Positions 7,536 through 15,698 of a stretch of 64,000 nucleotides of DNA are shown here, one piece after another. The DNA comes from an uncultured virus (IMG/VR IMGVR_UViG_3300021197_001705). Taxonomy: Duplodnaviria; Heunggongvirae; Uroviricota; Caudoviricetes. The stretch's first letter is position 1. Each line of letters begins with the position of its first letter. Under the pieces are notes generated by a model, which saw nothing but the letters and a program-made list of their open reading frames with translations, did not search any database and was not told where the DNA came from. The position numbers and the translations under genes are program-made. Where the stretch lies: IMG/VR virus record IMGVR_UViG_3300021197_001705; one strand, given 5' to 3'.

Positions 7536-7659
7536 TGTTACCTCCAATGGAAAGCAGTATTGTGGTTAAAACTAAACAAGAAATCAAGAAAGCCCATCTT
7601 GGATCGGCCACTACGATAAGAAGTGCAACTGATATTAAAATAATTAGGTTGTTTTTCAT
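7528..7659 (-). CDS. Small two-helix membrane protein (43 aa, MKNNLIILISVALLIVVADPRWAFLISCLVLTTILLSIGGNNE)
   Basis: Translated by hand; first gene after module 10. Confidence 0.65.
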   Translation of the reverse strand: MKNNLIILISVALLIVVADPRWAFLISCLVLTTILLSIGGNNE

Positions 7660-7665
7660 CACACT

Positions 7666-7725
7666 CTCCTGTCTTGTCTATAATGTATCATAGTAGGTAG
7701 TATGCGGGTAGGACATTATTTGTCC
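7666..7725 (-). promoter_or_regulatory. Repeated promoter module 10/10
   Basis: GGACAaataaTGTCC TACCCG N17 TACATT ... AGGAG. Confidence 0.75.
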
Positions 7726-8090
7726 TTTTTTTTATATTTGCGTTTTTTATTTCTTTTATTAACTGCTTTTCTGCCTTTCCGCTTCCACTCTTTCTTGACT
7801 TTACGAGATGGACGCTTATTGATCTTTTTTCTTTTTTTGTGTTTGGGGACTCTTCGTATCGCTTTCTTTTTCTTTTTACGCTTTATTTTACGCTTGGATG
7901 TCGGGCTTTGTGACCCAACTGTGGGTTGCGATGGTTGGGCCTCTTCGTGATACTCTTCTACGTTGTACACTGTGATCTCTGACTGGGTTGCGTAGTGATT
8001 ATCCTTTATGAGAACTCGCATTGCACAAGCTTCGTAGAAAGGCGCCATCATAAAAGCTGAAATTGCTATAAACTTCTTAAAGTAACTCAT
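7716..8090 (-). CDS. Protein with a signal-peptide-like N-terminus and a very Lys/Arg-rich C-terminal half (124 aa)
   Basis: ORF track; amino-acid composition. Confidence 0.65.
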   Translation of the reverse strand: MSYFKKFIAISAFMMAPFYEACAMRVLIKDNHYATQSEITVYNVEEYHEEAQPSQPTVGSQSPTSKRKIKRKKKKKAIRRVPKHKKRKKINKRPSRKVKKEWKRKGRKAVNKRNKKRKYKKKDK

Positions 8091-8344
8091 GTCTCATCCT
8101 GTGTGAATACGTCGGACGGGAAAACCCATGTACACTTGCCATAACTTACAAAGTGTACTCGAAGATGATCGCCAACGCTTGTTTGTAGAAACTCCACCAC
8201 TATTCCTATTTCTTCTTCTGGTGGGGTGTTAATGAAAAGTGTATTTATTGTGCTCCTTACCTTGACAAGTTTTCCTTGCCACCATCTACGCTTATGTTCT
8301 ATATCCTCGAAAGACTTAGATAAGTGAGAATTATTAAAATTCAT
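8087..8344 (-). CDS. SH3-like small protein (QGKLVKV...EIGIVVE)
   Basis: ORF track; divergent family member. Confidence 0.65.
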   Translation of the reverse strand: MNFNNSHLSKSFEDIEHKRRWWQGKLVKVRSTINTLFINTPPEEEIGIVVEFLQTSVGDHLRVHFVSYGKCTWVFPSDVFTQDET

Positions 8345-8544
8345 TTACTCGTGAAAACGCCGGAGAGTGCCCCTATGTCCATTAGGTTAGAGTAGTGCGT
8401 GTCTGACCACGCAACATAACAAACGTGCACCCCCCGTGGGTATCCGAGTAGTACGGTACTGTCTGTAGTGACCACGCCAATTCGATTAGTACTTATGTGC
8501 ATTACCAAATCTCCAATATAATATTTTTTCACTTCCTTCTCCAT
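8341..8544 (-). CDS. VGDLV-family small protein (YYIGDLVMHIS...RIGVV)
   Basis: ORF track, start moved downstream of the TTGACA promoter. Confidence 0.7.
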   Translation of the reverse strand: MEKEVKKYYIGDLVMHISTNRIGVVTTDSTVLLGYPRGVHVCYVAWSDTHYSNLMDIGALSGVFTSK

Positions 8545-8579
8545 ATATAATATGTAACACGTTTCCTTTTGTTTGTCAA
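8545..8579 (-). promoter_or_regulatory. Possible sigma70-type promoter
   Basis: TTGACA-N17-TACATATTAT with TG in the extended -10 position. Confidence 0.5.
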
Positions 8580-8782
8580 CCTTTAATCCGGCCTTTGACC
8601 ATCTCGCAGGGTACAATATACACGCACCCCTCTATGATCGAAAAAACTTGATAGAACTCATATAACCGATGGTACATGGGTATGGTGGAAGATAAAATTA
8701 CTGCTATCTCCCTAAAGTTTTTGTCGTCATCAATAATCACAAGATCACCCTTAACATATATTTCTTTCTTTTCGATACCCAC
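8576..8782 (-). CDS. VGDLV-family small protein (YVKGDLVIID)
   Basis: ORF track. Confidence 0.7.
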   Translation of the reverse strand: MGIEKKEIYVKGDLVIIDDDKNFREIAVILSSTIPMYHRLYEFYQVFSIIEGCVYIVPCEMVKGRIKG

Positions 8783-8792
8783 ATAAGACCCT

Positions 8793-9032
8793 CTAATTAG
8801 TAGATATTATTTCTATAACATCAGCTTCAATGAGCTTTATCAACGTGCTCTCACCTATGATCTGTATATCCCCATCTATATAGCATATTTCATAGTTTAA
8901 TCTCCACTTGATAGTAGAGACTTCCGTCTGTAGTGCTCCTGATTGTAGTATTTTACTTATAACACCGACCTTTCCTGTGTCTTTTAGTAAAGTGCCCACG
9001 GAGAACCTTGATTTATCTTCCTTCGTCAGCAC
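8793..9032 (-). CDS. VGDLV-like small protein (FSVGTLLKDTGKVGVI)
   Basis: ORF track; GAGG RBS. Confidence 0.7.
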   Translation of the reverse strand: MLTKEDKSRFSVGTLLKDTGKVGVISKILQSGALQTEVSTIKWRLNYEICYIDGDIQIIGESTLIKLIEADVIEIISTN

Positions 9033-9705
9033 TCATGAATACCTCTTTAAGGAACTCTTTGTTTACAAAACTAAACCTCTCAACATAAACAAGAGTTTCA
9101 ACTAACTCTGGGAATGGTGACAGGGGGGTATCTAAAACCTTTACAGCAGAGACTACCCCGACAGCCCTTCCCTTCTTGTCGAATACAACAGAACCAGAAG
9201 ACCCCGGAAGAGCAAAAGACTGAATTAATATTGATTCTAAATTACTTTTAGACACAAAACCTGTGTAAGTAGTCTGCCCGAGATTGTCTGGGAAACCTGT
9301 ATAATTAACCAAGTTGCCTACAACGTCTGAATCATCATTGATCTTTAGTTTTACAGGCTCAAAGGACGGGTCACTCAAAGGCTCAATGATGGCAACATCC
9401 CTACCTCTATTGATGTATATTACCCTCGCTGGTATCTCTTCGTCGTTGTCCATTAGGAATATATTCCCCTCTGCGACAACATGGGCTGCTGTTATTACAA
9501 ACTTGTACTTCCCAAGCTTAAAATAATTTCCAGAACCCCATCCCCCATAGCCGTCACCCAACGAAAACCCAATACGAACTGAGCTTTTCATGCCACTTAT
9601 AATCTTTTGATTACAAGATGGTAAGCCTTGGTTTTCAAACGAAAGAGTCGTGGCCTGATCATCTACCTCCATAGATATCAAACACGATAATAACAATATC
9701 AACAT
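9013..9705 (-). CDS. Trypsin-like (S1) serine protease with an N-terminal signal/anchor
   Basis: Catalytic triad motifs ITAAHV, RDVAI and PGSSGS; hydrophobic N-terminus. Confidence 0.9.
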   Translation of the reverse strand: MLILLLSCLISMEVDDQATTLSFENQGLPSCNQKIISGMKSSVRIGFSLGDGYGGWGSGNYFKLGKYKFVITAAHVVAEGNIFLMDNDEEIPARVIYINRGRDVAIIEPLSDPSFEPVKLKINDDSDVVGNLVNYTGFPDNLGQTTYTGFVSKSNLESILIQSFALPGSSGSVVFDKKGRAVGVVSAVKVLDTPLSPFPELVETLVYVERFSFVNKEFLKEVFMSADEGR

Positions 9706-9777
9706 AACATTCCCCCCTATAATAACTATGAACCGAAAGACCATTGTTACCTAAAAAGAGTTCTTACATAATTTGCG

Positions 9778-9951
9778 TTAAGTGTGTTTTTCTATTTTCC
9801 TTATGCTTGAGGGCCTACAAACGATTTTTGTGTTGTTTTCATCAGTAAAAATTAAAAAACCACGATGATGTTTTTTAAACAAACACGTTATAAAATAATC
9901 ACTATCAACGAACTCAACCCTATATTTCTGCTCTGGTTCAAGCTCTGCCAT
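9778..9951 (-). CDS. Small hypothetical protein (57 aa, MAELEPEQKYRVEFVDS...IRKIEKHT)
   Basis: Translated by hand; fills the intergenic gap; beta-rich. Confidence 0.6.
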   Translation of the reverse strand: MAELEPEQKYRVEFVDSDYFITCLFKKHHRGFLIFTDENNTKIVCRPSSIRKIEKHT

Positions 9952-10318
9952 GGTCATTCTGTAGAATTTTTATGTCATCATATTGTGGCGTTGAGGCTTC
10001 GATCAGTCTAACGTGCCCCTCAATAGGAGCACTAAATCTATAGACTGTCTTTGGCTGGATTCTTACACTTTCGCCTTCTTTCAAGACCACGGTGGACGCT
10101 GGTGTGCCGTCTGATTTCGTCCCGACATCAACTATCAATACCCCGTTAAGTACGTGTATGGTCTTATCCTTCACATCATGATACTGCTTGGGTAGGGACT
10201 TCATTCTATCAATGTGAATAATTTTGCCAATATACTTGTTGTTTATGGCCCACTCCACCTCATGTCCCCATGGCTTATGGCTCTTCTGTGGTGTTCTTTT
10301 AACTATTAACTTCTTCAT
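9938..10318 (-). CDS. Cupin-domain protein (mannose-6-phosphate isomerase type II C-terminal-like)
   Basis: KPWG...SLxxQYH...EASTP cupin pattern. Confidence 0.8.
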   Translation of the reverse strand: MKKLIVKRTPQKSHKPWGHEVEWAINNKYIGKIIHIDRMKSLPKQYHDVKDKTIHVLNGVLIVDVGTKSDGTPASTVVLKEGESVRIQPKTVYRFSAPIEGHVRLIEASTPQYDDIKILQNDHGRA

Positions 10319-10577
10319 CGCTACCTCCAAAGATCTTTACAAGATCCGAAAACCCACCTATAAACTCCTCAGTCCATTCCGTTGAGCTTGTTTTTGTGTG
10401 TTTGGTTATCATTGGGACTGTCATCCAGTTGTACTTTTCTTTAATGTGTGTTAGTAATTCTTTAGAATTATCAATACAACAAAACATAAACTGCTTGTTG
10501 TTTCGGGTGAGTAACTCTTTAGCTTTTATACAATATGGGCATTCAGCCCAAGCATAAATTTTGTAATATTGATTCAT
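10299..10577 (-). CDS. Glutaredoxin
   Basis: CPYC, TVP and IGGFSDL motifs. Confidence 0.92.
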   Translation of the reverse strand: MNQYYKIYAWAECPYCIKAKELLTRNNKQFMFCCIDNSKELLTHIKEKYNWMTVPMITKHTKTSSTEWTEEFIGGFSDLVKIFGGSDEEVNS

Positions 10578-10578
10578 A

Positions 10579-10860
10579 TCATCCCCTAAGTAATTGTCTA
10601 TTTGAGCTTAATATCTTGGCCTCTATTAAGGCCGGGTCCCCCACTACTGTAATAGTCTCTCTACCATCACTGGAAGCAAAAGATAAATCTGAAAATCGAG
10701 CCACAGAGTTAAGACCAATCTGGATTTTTCCTTCCATCATCGCCACTTTCATTTGATCGTTTTCAGAAATAAAGAGTATCTTTGCTGGGTTGATCCTTAC
10801 CTCGGAGAGATAAAATTCACCAGAATGTGTCTTATTTATTTTGTTTAGTTTTATGAACAT
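10579..10860 (-). CDS. Hypothetical protein (possibly FlbD-like small beta protein)
   Basis: MFIKL...INPAKILFI pattern. Confidence 0.55.
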   Translation of the reverse strand: MFIKLNKINKTHSGEFYLSEVRINPAKILFISENDQMKVAMMEGKIQIGLNSVARFSDLSFASSDGRETITVVGDPALIEAKILSSNRQLLRG

Positions 10861-11065
10861 TGTAGTCTCCCACTAATTGTAAACATTTGTTGTTTATGAT
10901 CCAAGCTTGCTCGTTCACAAAGACTTTAGTCTCAGTGTCGTTTTCTTTTTTTATGACAACGCCGTATTGCGGTGTCTTAAGCCTTTTTACAAACCAAGGC
11001 TCTAAATTGACAGGGTAAAGAAACGTATCTTGCCTTACCCTGACAAGGTCGCCCTTAGTCAGCAT
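10832..11065 (-). CDS. VGDLV-family small protein (MLTKGDLVRV...YGVVI)
   Basis: ORF track. Confidence 0.7.
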   Translation of the reverse strand: MLTKGDLVRVRQDTFLYPVNLEPWFVKRLKTPQYGVVIKKENDTETKVFVNEQAWIINNKCLQLVGDYNVHKTKQNK

Positions 11066-11396
11066 CTGGCTCTTCTGTTACGCGCTCGGGCATGGGCTCA
11101 GGTGCGGGTACGGGGGTAGAAGGTTTTGGCTCAAGGATGCCTACGTAGCCATTAAGAATGGATGACATATCTTCTACCATTTGGTCGATATCCGACACTT
11201 GTCGCTTTATTTCTAAAAGCATCTCTAATACTAACTGGTATTTTAAAGCTGAATTGGAAACTATTTCTGAGGCAGACTCCGCATCCATAGATAATTCCGA
11301 TACTTTACCAATTTCTTTTCTTATATCAGACATCATGTCTGTTAGTTTTTCAGGAACCTCATCGAGGTTCACTGCATGGTTGATTCTTACTTTCAT
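11055..11396 (-). CDS. Coiled-coil hypothetical protein (113 aa)
   Basis: AGGAGG RBS; helical heptad pattern. Confidence 0.75.
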   Translation of the reverse strand: MKVRINHAVNLDEVPEKLTDMMSDIRKEIGKVSELSMDAESASEIVSNSALKYQLVLEMLLEIKRQVSDIDQMVEDMSSILNGYVGILEPKPSTPVPAPEPMPERVTEEPDAD

Positions 11397-11409
11397 ATTA
11401 CCTCCTAAA

Positions 11410-11676
11410 TTAAGAATTCATTATCATTTTGTATATCGTGGTTGTTAATAATCCAAAAACTGTCATAATAACACCCCATTGTATTTTGGCTTGGGCTTCT
11501 TTCCACTGCTCTATTGCTCGCAGCCTAGCATACAAACCCGAGTCCGGGTTGTAAATCGCAGTCTTTACATCACGCATATCTCTTACCATCTCATCTTGCT
11601 TCTCTGCTATTCTTTCGATATCATTTTTGATTTCAAGGATACCGGTTGTTATTTTTGTTATTTGGTCTTCAGTCAT
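11410..11676 (-). CDS. Coiled-coil protein with a C-terminal TM helix (holin/XhlA-like candidate)
   Basis: GLYARLRAIE...WGVIMTVFGLLTTTIY; preceded by the late motif and GGAGG. Confidence 0.6.
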   Translation of the reverse strand: MTEDQITKITTGILEIKNDIERIAEKQDEMVRDMRDVKTAIYNPDSGLYARLRAIEQWKEAQAKIQWGVIMTVFGLLTTTIYKMIMNS

Positions 11677-11693
11677 AACAAGAACCTCCGCTA

Positions 11694-11701
11694 TAAATAG
11701 T
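11694..11701 (-). promoter_or_regulatory. Putative late promoter motif ACTATTTA
   Basis: Same motif precedes the structural genes (see findings). Confidence 0.55.
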
Positions 11702-11705
11702 ACTT

Positions 11706-13271
11706 TTAAGATACAATAGCATGACTGGTGGTAATCAAAGTGGATGCGACTGAGACAGCGTTCTGTAACGCACAACGAGTCACCTTGGCGGGGTCTACTA
11801 TGCCTTCCTCAAGCATGTTTACAATGGTGCCAGTCATGAAATTATAGCCCATATTCGGGGCGCACTGCCTTACCCTAGCAACAAGAATATCAGGCGATTT
11901 TCCGGCGTTTTTAGCCATTTGTCGCAGAGGTTCTTCAATGGCCTCAAGGACAATCTTGGCACCAATAGACTGCTCTTCGGACTCCGTTCGCACAAGTAGA
12001 TCTTGTGTTGCTCGAATCAAAGCTATGCCACCACCTGAAACGATTCCTTCTTCCTGTGCTGATCTTACAGCCTCCAAAGCATCATCAATCCTGTGTTTCT
12101 TTTCCATCATTTCAATCTCTGTTGCTGCTCCGACTCGAATCACAGCCACACCAGAAGCAAGACGAGTAATCCGTTCTTGGATTCTCTCACAGGCTTTGAT
12201 GTCGTCTGTTTGTTTGATCTCTGCTTTCAGTGCTTCAATTCTGTTTTCTGTTTCTTCTTCTGGACCTTTTGCACCGACAATAGTACTCCACCCTTTGTTG
12301 ATAGATATCGATTTGCAATTACCAAAGTGAGGCAATTGTACCTGTCTCAGGGGTATTCCGTTTTCTCTTGTTATGAATGTGGCCCCAGTCTTCAAAGCCA
12401 TATCCTTTAATATGTTCCTTCTTTCTTCTCCATATCTGGGGGGCTTAACCGCAACTATTTTCATTGTACCGCGAACTGCATTGGCAATAACAGCAGCCAA
12501 GGCTTGACCTTCCACATCTGCAACAATCAATAACGGACTGTTGTCTCTTGATGCAAGCTCAAGGGTGGGTAGTATTTGCTCGATGGTCTCAATCTTCTCA
12601 TCTGTGATTAGAATAAGGGGGTTGTTATATTCAATGGTCCCTGATCGTTCGTTATTGATGAAGGTGGAAGACAGATACCCAGAATCAAAACGGAAACCTT
12701 CGATCAAATCGAGAGACGTATTGATGGAGTTAGCTTCCTCCACAAGAACAGAGCCATCTTTACCTGCTGAATCAACTGCTGTGGCTATCAAAGTACCTAT
12801 TGATTTGTCGTTGTTAGCTGAGATCGTAGCAATGTGCCGAATATCTTCCTCCGATCGAATTGGGGTGGACATTTCACTCAAGCGATCAACAATAAGGTTT
12901 GTGGCATTGTCCATTCCACGTTTGATTTCAACTGGGGAGACCCCGGCCATAAGGTATTTTTGGGCTCTCTGTAGGATTGCTCTAGTTAGAACAGTGGCGG
13001 TTGTAGTGCCATCACCAGCTTTTGTAGCAGACTGTTCTGCCGCTTGTTTTACAATCTGTGCTCCCACATTTTCCATCGGATCTTCAAAATCCACAAACTT
13101 AGCAACAGTTACTCCATCTTTTGTGATGACAGGGATACCCTGCTCCTTATGAAATAGTATTACGTTGCGACCCTTTGGTCCGAGAGTCGTAGCTACGTTG
13201 TCTGCCAGTTTATTAATCCCAGACAGAATCTTTGTGTTGAGTTCCTGTCCGTTGCTATAATGTTTTGTCAT
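11706..13271 (-). CDS. groL: Chaperonin GroEL (lacks the GGM tail)
   Basis: TLGPKGRNV, ITKDGVTVAK, AGDGTTTATVL, GIVSGGG, DPAKVTRCALQNA. Confidence 0.97.
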   Translation of the reverse strand: MTKHYSNGQELNTKILSGINKLADNVATTLGPKGRNVILFHKEQGIPVITKDGVTVAKFVDFEDPMENVGAQIVKQAAEQSATKAGDGTTTATVLTRAILQRAQKYLMAGVSPVEIKRGMDNATNLIVDRLSEMSTPIRSEEDIRHIATISANNDKSIGTLIATAVDSAGKDGSVLVEEANSINTSLDLIEGFRFDSGYLSSTFINNERSGTIEYNNPLILITDEKIETIEQILPTLELASRDNSPLLIVADVEGQALAAVIANAVRGTMKIVAVKPPRYGEERRNILKDMALKTGATFITRENGIPLRQVQLPHFGNCKSISINKGWSTIVGAKGPEEETENRIEALKAEIKQTDDIKACERIQERITRLASGVAVIRVGAATEIEMMEKKHRIDDALEAVRSAQEEGIVSGGGIALIRATQDLLVRTESEEQSIGAKIVLEAIEEPLRQMAKNAGKSPDILVARVRQCAPNMGYNFMTGTIVNMLEEGIVDPAKVTRCALQNAVSVASTLITTSHAIVS

Positions 13272-13426
13272 TTTTCCTCCAATAATCGTTTTGCTTGTTC
13301 GAGTTCGTTTATAGCATTAATAATATGTTTCTTTTCTGGATCAAGGGAAGTTAGCCAGTACTTAAGACGTTTAAGTTTCTTAATCATACTGTCAACTGCC
13401 AGCCATTGTTCTTTGGGATCATTCAT
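13268..13426 (-). CDS. Small helical hypothetical protein (52 aa, MNDPKEQWLAVDSMIKKL...)
   Basis: Translated by hand; ATGA overlap with groL. Confidence 0.6.
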   Translation of the reverse strand: MNDPKEQWLAVDSMIKKLKRLKYWLTSLDPEKKHIINAINELEQAKRLLEEK

Positions 13427-13433
13427 ATTAAAA

Positions 13434-14795
13434 TCACTTACCCTTTAATATAACCTCTTTTACAAGTTTGTCAAGTAGTTCATAAGTAATTTTTTCATTT
13501 ATTTCCTTTTCTGTCTCTCTTTGTTTGAATCCCTGATTCACCCCAGTTTTGATTTGTCCATAGCTGGTTATTATCTTATCAGCAATTTTGGTCGTGTCCT
13601 CATCCGAGACAGAGAAAAATATGTTTGAAAGCTTTCTGAAGTTTGTAATCTCTCTAAATAGGAGATCGATGTTTTCGTTATAATTATCCATCAAGGTTTT
13701 GGATTTCTTTCGGATATTGATCTGGCTTGGTAGAAATAAGGTGCCACCAACATTCTTTCCATAATCTTTGAATGTTACTCTTGGCTCTTTACCAGTTTCA
13801 TACTCGTTGAGGCTAACTTCGGCTGATCTTGTATCGTTGTCTTGTTTATTACTAACAGAATAGTTTACACCACCACCCTTAATAAAGATCGCTTTATCAG
13901 TTTCTGCCATTTCAGCTTCTGGGTTCATGTTCTCAATTTGTCTTGCAAGATTTAAATAATCTTTATATGTAAATTCACTAATGTAAAATGAAATCTGACT
14001 TCCTGCCTTGGAAACTCTTTCCTTCAAGGCTGAGATATGATACATCGGGCTTTCGTTTTTGTTAAAGTAACCAGCAACGGTAGACCAAGCTTGATAAAAG
14101 GATGATTTTTCGGACATAAACTTAACGGATATATTGTTAAGTTTATTGTCAATGATGTCCTCGTATGAATCATTGGCAACAGGCAAAGTTCCAGACAGAA
14201 TAAAAGCTAAAAATGACTCAAACAAGAACCCACCCTCTTTGAGTCTTGTGGTTGCGCCACCCCTAACGTGTGAAACTACTCTTTCTAAAAACTCCACGAC
14301 CAATATTTGAGAAAACTGTTCGTTCAATGGTTTAGCCGGAGATTTTTCCTTTTTAGCAGTTCCAAATTCACTAAGCATATTGTTGAGCCGTGCAATCCTA
14401 TCTGCAAGCGTTCCAGAAGAAAACCCAGCGTTTTTGAATGCTTGTAGGTATATCTCTGGTAGTCTGACCATATCATCTCGGTAATGCGATATCGGAATGT
14501 CGCCAAGATACCCCGTTTTGGACTCGCCATTATCGCCTGACTTCTTGCTTGGTAATGCAAACTTGCTCTTAATTGTTGCACCAGAGCCTCGAACGTCTCC
14601 ATCTGTTTGGGGTGTGTTTATTATATAAGTCTCTTCATCGCTTAGGTCCACAATATACTGTGCAAACGATTGTAAGTCTTCAAATTCTTGAGACTTTTGA
14701 CCATCATTACTCTTAATGCTATAAGACAAGTCTTCGGCTAAGACTCTTGTCTGTTCTGTAATCAAACTATCAAGTAGCTCATTGGTTATCTTCAT
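13434..14795 (-). CDS. Hypothetical 453-aa protein with KITxELL leader and trailer; possible PD-(D/E)XK fold
   Basis: GFLFESFLA...EDIID...ISVK; N- and C-terminal KITxELLDxL repeats. Confidence 0.6.
   Translation of the reverse strand: MKITNELLDSLITEQTRVLAEDLSYSIKSNDGQKSQEFEDLQSFAQYIVDLSDEETYIINTPQTDGDVRGSGATIKSKFALPSKKSGDNGESKTGYLGDIPISHYRDDMVRLPEIYLQAFKNAGFSSGTLADRIARLNNMLSEFGTAKKEKSPAKPLNEQFSQILVVEFLERVVSHVRGGATTRLKEGGFLFESFLAFILSGTLPVANDSYEDIIDNKLNNISVKFMSEKSSFYQAWSTVAGYFNKNESPMYHISALKERVSKAGSQISFYISEFTYKDYLNLARQIENMNPEAEMAETDKAIFIKGGGVNYSVSNKQDNDTRSAEVSLNEYETGKEPRVTFKDYGKNVGGTLFLPSQINIRKKSKTLMDNYNENIDLLFREITNFRKLSNIFFSVSDEDTTKIADKIITSYGQIKTGVNQGFKQRETEKEINEKITYELLDKLVKEVILKGK
13447..13474 (-). 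promoter_or_regulatory. Sigma70-type promoter upstream of groL
   Basis: TTGACA-N16-TATATT. Confidence 0.6.
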
Positions 14796-15687
14796 TCTTA
14801 ATTTCCTCCAAAATAGATTTTAGGTCAAGGCCTGCACAGTCGATTTTCCGCCTTGTAAGGTGATAATGCGAGACATAGCCACTGTATCTATTCTTAGACG
14901 CAACAGGATCGAGAGCGTAACTTGTCTCACCATTGCTATCAACGGGGCACTCCAAGGGAATCCAAGGCATTGCGCCATGGACAGCTTTCATCAAAGCTTT
15001 GAGTGCTTGCTTTTGAACTGGATAAAAGTCCGTGAAGGGTTTCATATCTTTACCATGGACCTTCTGCCCCTCAATTAAAGGGCGCTCTCCAAAGCCATGG
15101 CGTTTGTACCAAGAGTTGTACTTTGGGTAATATGCGTTGCTGATCTCCACTCCAACCGAAGTGGTATTGAATTTACCACCAGCATGGTAAGCTATATGGT
15201 TCATGTCCATGAACTGGAATATAGTCCCATCGTTGTCGATGGCGAAGTGAACACTAAGGCCACGTCGAGAAAGCACCTTGAAGCAGGACTTTGAGCTAAG
15301 ACAGACGTCCCAATGCGAAACGAACATCTTTGGCTTGCGCTGCTTGGTCACCTTCTTATAACCTTTGGTTAGTTTTAAGCCATTGGCATTAAATGGTAGT
15401 ACCACTTTATGCCAGTCAATTGGAAAATAATCATTGTTGTAAATAATGTGATTTGAGGAGCCCTCTCGAATTTCTTTATGTTCAAAAGTCTCAAGCTGTT
15501 CTTCTCGAACTGTGTTGATTCTACGAAAAGTAGTTGGGCCACACATACCATCGGCTGTTAAGTGATATTTCCTCTGAAATGCCCTGATCTTCTTTAGCAA
15601 GTCTTCATCAAACTCGTAAGCACCAAACCATTCAGGCGTCCATCCAAGTTTAACAGCAGACGCTTCATTATAAAAAATCTTATCCAT
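14779..15687 (-). CDS. Endolysin: peptidoglycan-binding domain plus Amidase_2 N-acetylmuramoyl-L-alanine amidase
   Basis: AFQRKYHLTADGMCGPTT; SHWD, SVHFAIDNDG, AYHAGG, SVGVEI, SHY...KIDC. Confidence 0.88.
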   Translation of the reverse strand: MDKIFYNEASAVKLGWTPEWFGAYEFDEDLLKKIRAFQRKYHLTADGMCGPTTFRRINTVREEQLETFEHKEIREGSSNHIIYNNDYFPIDWHKVVLPFNANGLKLTKGYKKVTKQRKPKMFVSHWDVCLSSKSCFKVLSRRGLSVHFAIDNDGTIFQFMDMNHIAYHAGGKFNTTSVGVEISNAYYPKYNSWYKRHGFGERPLIEGQKVHGKDMKPFTDFYPVQKQALKALMKAVHGAMPWIPLECPVDSNGETSYALDPVASKNRYSGYVSHYHLTRRKIDCAGLDLKSILEEIKNEDNQ

Positions 15688-15698
15688 CTGTATTCCTC

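Noticed and set aside
51..7725. Integron attC cassette array
   Set aside because: No RYYYAAC/GTTRRRY core sites, no long imperfect hairpin and no integrase in the window. The repeats have promoter and RBS geometry instead.
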